This document shows, one piece after another, positions 52,841-64,000 of a stretch of DNA of 64,000 nucleotides (within the stretch, counting starts at the first letter, position 1; the number at the start of each line of letters is the position of its first letter). Source of the stretch: Camelus dromedarius. Taxonomy: Eukaryota. A program made the position numbers and the translations under genes. Below the pieces are notes generated by a model. The model did no database searches. It saw only the letters and a program-made list of their open reading frames with translations, and was not told the origin of the DNA. The stretch is taken from the NCBI RefSeq assembly GCF_036321535.1, contig NC_087472.1, forward strand, positions 96,722,001 to 96,786,000, read 5' to 3'.

Positions 52841-55546
52841 AATACTCCATGCTCTGTCCATTTTAATCAGGTAAAGAACAAGAAAACTATGGTTATTTTT
52901 AGCATTGTTAGCAACAACTGAAATGACTTGTCTTTAATTAATTTAATTTAATTAATTATAGCAGATTCACTTCATATGGAAACCTAAGGGTCAGGATGAT
53001 AATTTCATTCCGTCTTTACTTTTTGGGCTTAAGTGCTATGACTTATTGTATTTGTTCCTGAGAAGTACCTGGACAAACTAGAACTTGACAGTTGGGATTT
53101 ATCTACAAAACTATTTCAAACAGTTGAAAAATGCCATTATTTATTAGGCTTATTTTTTTTCAAACAGCACTTCACTGTAGTAAGCACACTTGTATTCATC
53201 TAATAATCGATAAACATTTGTTAAATGCAAGACTATTGTTGAGAAGCTCAAGATTATATAGAGATGTTATCATAAGTGACATAGGGAAGTCATAGGTGTA
53301 ATTTTCTTTCTTTAAAGATTGAGTAACCTGAGGCTAGAGAAATTTAGGATGATATCAGATGACGTCAGAAAAATCGGTGTGATTTCTTCTGGTCTTATAC
53401 TCAGTTCATCCTGCAGCCCTGAGCGTTCTCACTTTTCACCTCCACTGATAAGAAACTCACCCCACAGGGCAGGTAGCTTTGGGCAGTTCTAATTTTTAGG
53501 AAGCTGTTTCTTATACTGAGCAAAAATATGTTTCCTTATAACTCCTATACAGTGATCCTGATCCTGCCTTAGGGGACACAGAAAACAAATCCAGATCCTC
53601 TTTCACATCACAGCCCTTCATATCATAACCCCAAGTCAGCATTTCTCAAATTCTGTTACACAGATTACCTGGGGAGCTTGTTAAAAAGCAGAGGCCTAGG
53701 CCCCACCCCAAAATTGAAATCCCTGGAGAGTGAGGCCAGATGTGCATCAGATGTGCTATTAGAAGGGAGACTAGAGGGTCAGCAGCCAAGAAGCCACACA
53801 TGTCCTTCAGAGATTTTCCATTGAATATGATTCTATTTCTTTACAGAGAAGATGAGCCACAGAATAAAGAGAAACTATGTAAATATCCATTTCATTTTTC
53901 AAAAATATTCTGGGCCAGAGTTCATCTTACTGTGTACACAACCTTGATTTCATTCTTTATTTTTTTAGATCTTTAATCAAGATACAGATTTTAATTATAA
54001 AAGTGATGCATATTTGTTGTAAAAAATTTTTTTGTTAGATATTTTTCAAGCTTGTCTTGTTCTCCATTCCTTTCCTAGAGGTAATTTCTGTTAATAGTTT
54101 GGTGTATCATTCCAGACTTTTTTCTGTATGTGTAATATACACGCACACACACACACACACACCCTTTTGAGTTTTGGATAGAATGAGATCATATTCCTTA
54201 TATTGTTTTCAAGTACATTGAAGCTCCATAAAGGGACATATTGTAATTTTATTATCACAGCTCAAGAAATTAACACTAATTCCTTAATATCACCTAAAAT
54301 CCAGGCTGTATGCAGATTTCACTGATTGCCTCATTAATAACTTTTTACAGTTGTTCCATTTGAGTCAGCATCCAAACAACATCTGCCCATTGCATTTGAC
54401 TAATGAGTCTCAAGTCTCTTTTAAACTGTAACAGTTCCTTCTCCCTCATTTTTCTCTTATCATTTATTTGTTGAAAAACCAAACTTATTTGTCCTTTAGT
54501 ATTTCCCATGTTCTGGCTGTGGCCAAGTAAATCTATTTAGTGTCATTCTGTTTATCTCTTGGTTCCTCTCTTCTCTGCATTTCCCATAAAGTGATAGTTG
54601 GATCTGAACGCTTAATCAGATTTAGGTTCATTGTTTGGTTAGAATACTTTGTAGACAGTGCTACGGTTAGCTGTGTTGAATGAATGAATTAACTTCCTTT
54701 CTTTTCACGGAATATATTGTGTACACCTTTTCCTATCAGTACTTATGCATCTATCTCATTCCTCCTTTAGCTGCTTGATAATTTCCTAGTACGGACTACC
54801 ATGATCTTTTGAATCCTTATTAATATAGATTGTTTGCAGTTTATAGTTTCTTCACAGTGCAGTAAATCTATTGAATTCTTAGAGAAGTCCAAAACTGATT
54901 AATAAACTGAGATAGAAAAGGTAAGCTAGTGATTTACATGTTTAATTTAAGAATTTTGGGTTTTATATCAGAAGATCTAGTGAATTATCATTGGCCTCTA
55001 AAATATTTATAAACCTCTAATTGCTAAGTAGATTCGTTACATATTAGGAAAAAGCAATCTGGAAAAGAGTCGGTGTATCTTTGGATTGATGTGTGTTTCA
55101 CTCCAGAAAAGAATGATGTGTGTGAGGAAAGGTATATGTTGGACTAGCAATGATTTAATTATGCTCTCCTCCAGCAGATGGATGGAAATGCAGCTTGGCT
55201 TTCAGAAGGAGAGAGAGATGGTGTGTGCTGTGCCATTTAGACATTTATTTTTAATTTATTCATCCATCCATCTGTTTAATTACGCTCATATACACAGTCA
55301 GTTGAGAATCTGAATGCAGTATTGATGTAACACAAAACCTTTCTGTTTTTTAATGTACCCATTTATAAAATGGGAATAATTACATTTTTCTCTGGCTCAC
55401 TATGATCCTCATGGTCATATAATGGTAATGCGAATACTTGATATAGTTTCTCTATTTAAACCTGAAGAATTTTCAAAATGCAAAATTTTAGAGCTGCTTT
55501 TATTGTGATGGGGCACTGTTTATTTATGTTTTTCTTTTTCTTTTAG

Positions 55547-55800
55547 TTATAGGTAAACATTGAAAACTCCATACAGTAAACCAATATTTCTACAGAAAAA
55601 TGGCAGAAAAGTCAGTATTGAATGTAGTAAATTGGCATTCTTCTTCAGGAAAAACTACACTAGGCCTCTTTGTTCTCTTGGATGATTCCATACTACAAGT
55701 GGACTAATCGGAAATTCTTTCACCTAGAGAAAATGTATAAGCCTTAGAACTCCTCGTTCTCATGTTGCTATTTATGTACATAATTAAAATTCTAAGTTAA
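55547..55800 (+). other. APOO: APOO terminal non-coding exon (3'UTR)
   Basis: strong polypyrimidine tract + ttttag| at 55546; ATTAAA at 55783-55788 followed by U/GU-rich downstream sequence; resembles my recollection of the human APOO 3'UTR. Confidence 0.85.
55783..55788 (+). terminator. APOO polyadenylation signal (ATTAAA variant)
   Basis: ATTAAA with upstream TGTA and downstream gttgtcttactttttt. Confidence 0.75.
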
Positions 55801-55856
55801 AAAAAAAGTTGTCTTACTTTTTTCTTCTGGTATTATCTGAGTGACAATTTAAGTGT

Positions 55857-55950
55857 ATCTGGTGTCCGTGTGTGTGTATGTGTGGTGTATGTCTCTGCGT
55901 GTACATGTATGTGTGTGCATGGTGTGCGTGTGTGCGTGGTATGTCTGTGT
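55857..55950 (+). repeat. Degenerate (TG)n tract downstream of APOO poly(A) site; other microsatellites at ~318 (TG), ~12798 (AAC), ~26042 (TA), ~32899 (GTT), ~45684 (TG), ~54140 (CA)
   Basis: visible simple repeats. Confidence 0.85.
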
Positions 55951-56429
55951 GAAAGAAGACCATTCACTCTTCTTAGGGCATTATCAGTTGGCAGTCTCCA
56001 GAGGTCAAGTTGAGAAGAGTGGCTCTGGAGCTGAGAGACGATGCTTCGAGGAACAAAACTTGTAAGTAATAGTTTGCCTGACACTGATTAGAAGACATAC
56101 AAAAGAAAACAATGACCATGACCCCTTGTGTGCCCTTGCCTCCCAACTTGTACAGATCTTCAGGTTCTTGAATGCCAGTGGGAGATGCATCATAAAGTCT
56201 CTCCTCTGCGAGTGAAGGAATGGCATGTGGTCGTGTGTGTTGATTCTCTATATGTAGCCCTTGTATTTGCCTTTGTGGCCCCTGAACGCACAGCTGATTG
56301 AACTCCATCTTCCCAGTGCTGGTGGGAACTGGAGGAATCTCTTGACTTGTCAGCCAGCCAGGAAGGATGGTGGGGGAACAGGATATGAAAGAAAATTGAG
56401 AATTTCTAAATTCGAGTCAAATTAGAAAT

Positions 56430-56614
56430 AAAGGCCGCTCTCCCTTCTGAGTGAGACAGATCACACTCTGTCTATGGAGTGTGTATCTACTTTTACTTTA
56501 AACTGAGCACCTAACCCCTACACCTCATGGCCTTTCTCTCACCTTCTGAAACAGCCTGTACTCTGTCTATGGAGTGTGTATCTCTGAATAAATCTACTTT
56601 TACTCAAAAAAAAA
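56430..56614 (+). mobile_element. ERV1-type LTR R-region fragment ending in poly(A)
   Basis: duplicated actctgtctatggagtgtgtatct, AATAAA 56587-56592, A9 at 56606-56614. Confidence 0.6.
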
Positions 56615-59569
56615 GATTTAGGGATTAAGAATCATCTTTGTATTCTTGTAGCATCGATTTATTTGCTAAATTGTTGACCTTCCAGAGTTGATAGCAGTTA
56701 GTAAGCAGTTAGTAAGTAAGTACGCAGATGGAACATGCCCATGTTAATGTTAAACACATTTAATAGAGCCAGGATGACAGGAATGGTGCCAGCACTGTTA
56801 CTGCATTAATGAGCTGAAGCACGTTTGTCCCTAGAGTAATCCCCCTAGTGACCCAGATGTCTTACTTCCTTTTATACTGAAATACTTTTGTATTAATGTA
56901 CTAGTCATCCAAATATATTAAAGCTGTGCCTAAATTACAATATTTTATTGTAAATATTCTATTATTATTTCAGACTTTTCCCATTGGCTTGGCTTCCCAC
57001 ATAACCACCAGAAAGTAGAGATTCCACAAGTTTCCTCATTCTTGAGATTGCTTGATCTAGAGAAGATGAAGGAATGGCCCCCACCACACTGTGCTCTGGA
57101 AATCATCAATCAAAAGGTGTTTCAGTGCCTCCTAGTTGGAAGGTATTACTTACATTTTTAACCCTTTAGGCATATTGAAACATTGCCTTAAAACCTCTTA
57201 ACTCCTTCAATGGGAAGGTGGGGGTGGGTCTCAGAGCCAGTGCCTGGCCCATATGTAGGATAACAAGCAAATTGCCTCCTACACAGGGTCACTCACTTGC
57301 TTTTTTATATTATTATCTTTTCCTTTCATGTTCTTTGCATCCAGTGCTACCTTTTTAAATTTTTAAAAAAATTTTTTTATTGAAATATAGTTGATTTACA
57401 GTGTTTCAGCTCTGTGCCCTTGGGCCGGCCAGCCCTCCAGCTGTGGGGCCTCCCTGCTACCTTTTTTTAATATTCAATCCTTTTTGCATGCTTTCCATTA
57501 ACTTTGAACTGTAGAGAATGTAAAACTTGCATATTATAATATCTTGCATTTCCCTAGCTCTTTATAGTTTTCAAAGTGTTATTTTATATCTTTCTTTCCG
57601 TGGCTTATGTTTTGACCTCAGTGCATTTGTTTTCTCTGTTTCGAGGTAATGCTCTCTACTTGCATTTACACTTTTTATTCTGTTTCTTACGACCATTTTT
57701 TCTTATAATAAGGCTGTGATTCTCAATCCAGTTTAACTTAATCAGCATAGTTCTGTTTGAAAAACTTCAGGGCTTTGGAGGGAACATTCTTTACCATACA
57801 GAGTGATTTAAGCTCCTCTACAAATGTGGTATGTTCTGTTCTGTGATAATGTGTCCTAAGAAAGATTATGTTGTCAAAATCAAGGTTTAAAAGCAGTTGT
57901 TTCAATGGAGAAAAAAAGGGGGCTAGGGGCACCAATTTATGCCTTCATCAATCTTATCTGTGTCACACCTTAGGACAAAGTCACAATAATAGTTGTAGAT
58001 AGAAGAATCAAGGCCAGCTGAGGGACCACCCACCCAGGCACGGGAGTAGCAGGTGCCTGGGCTGCTGGGTCAGCAGCTTTTGTCCTGAGTGCAGAGCTGG
58101 ATCCCAGCCCTGTAGTGGCCCATGGAATGCAAAGTACTTCCCTAATGGATCAGTGGCATTATATCCAAGTGGCCTAAAGAAAATTCAAAATATAGGTAAG
58201 ATGCCTGTGTTTACATACAGAGATGGAAAAATGTGACTTGCTTGTGGAAATATAGCAAATCTATGACAGTTAAAATTAGGCCATGTAATAAGTAAAATGA
58301 TTTTCATTAGTTCAAAGATGAAATTTAGAACGCTTGAGTTTGGCAAAAAAGAGAGACAATCTTGTGTTTTAATGGGGCTCTCTTGGTGAACGCACTTTGT
58401 CCTCATTGGGGAAAGGCTTGGTATTTAGAGGAACACTTTTTTTTGTAACCAGCACTGTTTATGCCTATTTATATAAGCTGAAGGATTTACCATGAGTGTA
58501 AGTTTTCACTTTTTAATTCATTGCACCCATCTAAGTTAATGCAGAAACCTCCGTCAGAGGGACCAGCAGTATGAATGTGGGATTAAACCCTCATCTGAGG
58601 ATTAGTTTTAATTAAAAGTAAATATTTGGAATAATGGTTTTGCTCACTACCGGTCAAAAGAAACTTGCTTGAGGTTTTGGTTTTCACCCTGTACACCTCC
58701 TGCCTGCTGTTTTGTTTCCGTTCTGAGAGGTTCAGGTTTCAAGTCAATAATTAGCCAGCACATAGTTCTAAAGGTACAATTAGGTCAAACTCCAGACACA
58801 ACTGAAGTTCAGGCTTATTGATATTTATGAAATGATAGCAAAGGAAATTTCTCCATGGGAGAAAAGTTTGTTTTCACAAACAAGTGTTTCACTATTTCAC
58901 ATTTTGTTTACTTAGCAGTGCTGAATTAGTCACCTGTGTTCCACATTTAAGGGCCTTTATCTTAATCAGCTCTAGAGCTTAGTTGTTGGACTTTAGCTGA
59001 GACTCTTAAAGGCAAAAGAAAAGCAAAGGAAGTGACTGTTCCCCCTGCCCACCCTCCCACCTGTGAAGTCTGCAGACAGTATTTGCAGTCAGTCCGTAAA
59101 CTCTCTCTTCTCAGGTAAACCTTGGAAGACTCCCTTCAGTGCTGGCCTGTCTCAGGAGTGTACAGGACAGATGGAAGCAAAAGCAAAAGGCAAAGATGGA
59201 GGAAAATACAGGATTCAAAGACTGCTCCCCATACTCAAAAGTGAAGTCAGAGTGAGTCCTTTCAATATTTGCTTAGATGATGCAATGCTGGGATTTTGTT
59301 GGTGATCCTAAGTTTGAGTGTGGTTGGAAGAAAATGATTTTAAATGCTTTCTTCACTACAGGGAAAAAATCAGCTAAGTATCAGCCATCTAATTTATCTT
59401 CCATAGCTCTTCTACGTTGAGAAAATGGCTTTCAGGTAAGGATAGAGCCTGAATACACACATTACTTTTTCCTGAAACCCCAGCAAGACAAGAGGAAAGG
59501 GGTTGTTAAGATGGCATTAGCACACAAGGAAAGGCTGGGGAGAGGGAGACAATAAAACTCCTGTTTTGG

Positions 59570-59687
59570 GTTTTTTTTTTAATTATTTATTTATATTAAA
59601 AAAATTTTAATGGAGGTACTGGGGATTGAACACAGGACCTTATGCACACTAAGCATGTGCTCTACCACTGAGCCATTACCTTCCCCC
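59570..59687 (-). mobile_element. tRNA-Ala-derived SINE (vic-1-like)
   Basis: ggaggtactggggattgaacacaggacc...ctctaccactgagcc; T-rich tail on left; cctgtttt flanks. Confidence 0.8.
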
Positions 59688-61559
59688 CTGTTTTTTGCCA
59701 TAGACTTAGTGGACTCAATTGACTCTTGAAACCCTGTACCTGTGTAACATTGACACAAAAATAACAGAAACATTTAAAAGCAAATTCTAAGAAAAGGAAG
59801 TTAATATTAGAAGTCTCATTTTTACTTTGTAAACTTTAGTTCCATGTGTCCAATGGAGCTCTTCCTGTAATGAATGCAGTATAATACAAAATAACATTTC
59901 TTGCCATTTTTTTAAATTTGAGAAGGTTCTGGTGTGTCTTTGTATCTCTGGACATTTTGTGGGTCATATCTCTGATTCATTTTCTGAATCTTTCATCAGG
60001 AATGTAATCCTCCATTGCAACATTGCTCAAGAGGGAGGCTGTGATACATTTGGGGGCGTGTTCCCCAGAATGGGAAATCATGTTGTTTCTGTGAAGAAAA
60101 ACAAACTGCTTAGTCTGTCGTTAGCCTGGCTGAGGCCTTTCACAACCCAAAGTGGCCGTGGTGCTCCCAGGGCCTTCTCTGTGTCATGTACCTCACTTGC
60201 CTCCTGTTGCTGAGGGTGGAGAGGAGACTGTGTCTCCTTTCTGTACCTCCTCTCTGTCCTATCAAGCAGACATGGTACTGTTTGCTGCTCTTCACTTTGT
60301 GTTACTGGCTCTTTGTGGTTCCACTGACCTAAAGATGCTTAACTTATGACTAATAGATTTCTTTGTGCAATTACTGTTATCCCCTTGAGACACCTTCTGT
60401 TCTTGTTACTCATTTCTAGGCAGGATGTGAGGTTTAGGAAAAGCTTGCACCCTTACAAAACCTTTTAAACTTATTTATACTCCTGCTGAATTCACTATCA
60501 CTCTTCAGGTATGAGGAACTGAATTTCCAGACATGAAAACCTTTCCTCTCTGAACTCCTGGATCACTTTCTGGATTTCTTATGACTTCATGCATGTTCTA
60601 CTATTGTTGGTTCACACCTGATCTCTAGTAGACTATAATCTCCCTGAGGCCAGGGCAAGTATCTTTCTTGTTAGTGTTCCCACAGTGCTGACCTAATGCA
60701 CTGACATATACATTGCAAACTGTGTGTTGTATGAACTCTTTAAAGTTCAAAATTGCATTATGATTTTGTTTCAGTTGAGCCTTTGAGGGTACCCATAGGC
60801 ATTGGATTTGTTTGATTGCCACCAGCCTGAGAGTGTGTGTTGCTGTGTTTCTGACTTCCAAATCTAAAAACAGAGGAGACTGGGCTAGGCACTCTGTAAA
60901 GGCCTTCAGTCCCTGTAACTTTCCCCTCTTAGATTTATTAAGCACCCATTGAGTGTATGGTCTAGATATTTTGTTATGGTAGGCAGGGAGGAGAAATACA
61001 GTTTGCAATTCAGTTGCAAAGACAAAGCGGGTACACAAAACAGAATAATTATAGGGCAGCATCATTATAACATACAGATTAACTATCTAATAGATAGTGA
61101 TTCCATATATTCGTCTTGTGCAAAGAAGTACCCAGGGATATTTGTCTAACCCTTGAACTTGTAATGTACCTAGGCAGTGATTTTACTTTTTTTGTGTATG
61201 GTAAGTCTTTTAAAGAAGGAAGAACAGTAATCAGAGGAAACAAGCCTGGTAAAACAGAGGACATTGACTTTGGATGGATGATTTTACTTTGACCGTGTTA
61301 GGACTTAACTTGTGCTCTCTTTGTGATCACTGTTTCCCCTTGAAACGCTTTCTGTCCCCGGCAGGTCCAGCCCAGGGCTGGGCTTTTGAAGCACCCTTGA
61401 TATGTTCTTCTAGCTCATTCCTTAATGTTATTGAATATAGATAAGATTTAATGTCTTATCACTTTCAATATTAATAGGAATTTAAATGTCTGGCTAATAA
61501 TAGTACCAGTTCAGATCCTGCACGTCATGCTTTAATGAATAGATATGTTTAATTTAGTG

Positions 61560-61699
61560 TTTATATTTATTTATTTATTTATTTTCCGTGGGGTAATTAG
61601 GTTTCTGTATTTATTTATTTTTGATGGAGGTACTGGGGATTGAACCCAGGACCTCATGCATGCTAGACATGCATTCTACCACCGAGCTATGCCTTCCCC
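61560..61699 (-). mobile_element. tRNA-Ala-derived SINE (vic-1-like)
   Basis: ggaggtactggggattgaacccaggacc...ctaccaccgagctat; (TTTA)n tail. Confidence 0.8.
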
Positions 61700-61941
61700 T
61701 TTTTAATTTAAATTTAATACCCATTTGCATAGTAAGATATTCTACTGTCCTTTAAAAATCTCTTAGCTTAAGCATGCACCATACAAGATCTATTGTTATA
61801 ATATACTTGTTTTTAAAATTCATAGAAAGGATGAGCTTCAACTCTCTAAAATGATGACAAAACCAGAATATACTAGATACCAAAGCTGAATATTTCCTTA
61901 AGTAAATTTCAAATTAGGACTTGAGTGAGCACCAAGGCCTC

Positions 61942-62506
61942 TGTGCAGAAGAGGGTTAGCATAGCAGGCCTGAGACTGCCATCTTTAGAAAGTCTTGCTT
62001 GCTGGGTTGACCCTTAGGAAACTCAACTTCTTAAAAGTTCCCCAAGCTGATAAAGCCTGGGGCACCAGATTCTGCTCTATCAGGTCACATAGATTGTTTG
62101 TGCAAATGTTGTGATTTATGGCAAACGCCTCATTTCCTCCTGGGAATTGTGAATTTTGGTAGTTGCGAGGCAGGGGCTGCCTATATGACCAGCCCCCAAT
62201 AAAAATCTTGGGTGCTGAGTCTCTATAATGGATTTCCCTAAGGTAGAAGCTTGCACATATGTAGCTGCACTTTTTCTGCTGGGAAGAGGAAGATGCTCGT
62301 GGATCCCTCCCAGGCTGGGAGGGAGAGAGCCTCTGAAGCTTGTGCCTGGATTTTTCCAGACTCTGCCTTTGTCTTTTTCCCTTGCTCGCCTTGTATATCC
62401 TTTGCTGTGAAACTAAGCCACAAGGACAACTGCGTGCTGAGTCCTGTGAGTCATTTCAGTGAATCGCCGAATGTGTGGATAATCTTGGGGGGACCCCCCC
62501 ATACAG
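61942..62506 (+). mobile_element. Solo ERV LTR (MER68-like)
   Basis: TGtgcagaagagggttagcatagcaggcctgagactgc start, cccaataaaa signal, ...ggggggaccccccataCA end. Confidence 0.7.
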
Positions 62507-62999
62507 CATGTTGAAATGGTATTTGTTTTATTTATGTAATGCCATCTTCCCCTCTGCTTTAGAGGAAAAACATAAATAAAAGGACTATTATATTTATTTA
62601 CATTAAATATTTCCAGGTCACAAGACATTAAAAAACAGGTTTTATTTGTATTCCTTAAGCAAAGAGAAAGTAGTTTTTGAAAGCCACCGAAAACTCTTAA
62701 GCTCCCTTGTTTAGACCAAATTAGTGATTGGATTTTTTTTCTGATTCTCACAATAGAGTCTTTCTTCCTTCCCTCGGGCTATGGAGGCAAGCTATTTGGG
62801 CTAGTTCATAAGTAAATAGGTCATAAACTGCTCTCCATTCAAAAGTGACGTACTTATTAAAGCATTTATTTGTCCTACAGAGAGAGCACTAGCTCATTTC
62901 AAATATTGTTCACAGCCTAGATCCGAACGTTAAAGAGTACACATTGCACATTTTGTTTTAAACACAATAGTTTGTTTGTTTTTTGATGGTGCCATAAAT

Positions 63000-64000
63000 A
63001 TTTCCCTGGGAAAGCACTACCAGATAGGCAAAGCTTTTACATTGTGTGGGATCATAGACCTAAATGTAAGCACTAAAACTAGAACTCTCAGAGGACAACA
63101 TAGGACTAAATCTTGGTTAAGGAGTAAATCATGACCTTGGATTGGACAATGGTTCCTTTGATACAACACCAAAAGCACAAGTGACAGGATAGATAAATTG
63201 GGCTACCTCAGAATTTTAAAACTTTAGTGCTATAAACAATATTAACAAGAAAATTTAAAGATAAGCCATTGAATGTGGAAAATATTTGTAAGACATATAT
63301 CTGATAAGAGACTGTATTCAGATATATAAAAAACTTTTATAACTCAACAATAAAAAGACAAAAAACCTAATTAAAACTGGACAGAGGATTTGAACAGACA
63401 TTTTTCCAAAGAAGATATACTAATGGCCAATAAACACATGAAAAAGATGTTCAGTATCCTTAGTCATTAGGGTGATACAGATGAAAACCACAATGAGATA
63501 CCACTTTACATCTACTAGGATGGCTATAATAAAAGACAGACTATAACAAGTGTTGATGAGGCTATGGAGAAAACAGTCCAGCAGAACCTCATATTATTAA
63601 GCCTGGAGTTATCATATGACCCAGAAATTCCATTCCTAGGCATATAATCAAGAGAAATGAAAACGCAGTCTTCATAAAAACTTGTACACAGATGTCCATA
63701 GCATAATTATTTATAACAGCCAAATAGTAGAAACAACTAAATGTCCATCAACAGATGAATAAACAAAATGTATTTTCACATAGTGGTATATTATTCAGCC
63801 ATGGAAAGAAATGACATAGTGATACATGCTACATCAGTGACACTTGAAAACATTATGCTAAGTGAAAGAAGCCAGTTATATACTGCATTGTAAGACTGCA
63901 TATTGTATGATTCCATTTATTTGAAATGTCCAGAATAGGCAAATCCATAGAGACAGAAAGTAATGGTTGCTTGGGACTCTGGAGGGTGGGAGTGGAGTTG
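63000..64000 (+). mobile_element. Old L1 3' portion, runs off window end
   Basis: aaaccacaatgagataccact...cattatgctaagtgaaagaagccag...aatccatagagacagaaag. Confidence 0.85.

Noticed and set aside
53360..53367. Perfect CRE palindrome TGACGTCA in the UTR intron
   Set aside because: Isolated 8-mer with no supporting context
55799..55807. A-run after the APOO poly(A) signal as sign of a processed pseudogene
   Set aside because: The gene has introns and a promoter; the run is genomic, though it may blur cleavage-site mapping
57422..57434. 13-nt match gggccggccagcc to APOO exon 2 (29761-29773)
   Set aside because: The match does not extend either way; probably chance

Overview
Mammalian genomic DNA, most likely from a camelid (tRNA-Ala-derived SINEs resembling the camelid vic-1 family, plus artiodactyl-type L1 3' ends); in human these two genes are X-linked. 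The window holds the complete APOO (MIC26, MICOS subunit) gene on the + strand. Its 8 coding exons total 597 nt (198 aa + stop), all introns are GT-AG, and a ninth 3'UTR-only exon follows. Head-to-head on the - strand are the first four coding exons of CXorf58, which continues off the left edge. The two genes share a CpG-island promoter at about 8.5-9.3 kb. The rest is intron or intergenic DNA rich in L1, L2, MIR, MER5/MER20/Charlie, MLT/ERV LTR and SINE remnants. I see no prokaryotic-type system, CRISPR array or genuine RNA gene. The best leads concern APOO isoform control. Exon 2 starts with an AG|GTAATT recursive-splice-like site after a 20.7 kb intron. Intron 1 contains a candidate in-frame 42-nt exon or alternative first exon. 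An in-frame Kozak ATG lies just upstream of exon 2. A Pumilio element abuts the poly(A) signal, and a retroposed LTR fragment offers a downstream AATAAA. There are also several unusual retro-insertions with target-site duplications (TSDs). Repeat family names and boundaries are by-eye estimates, and gene identities rest on recalled similarity to human proteins, not on a database search.
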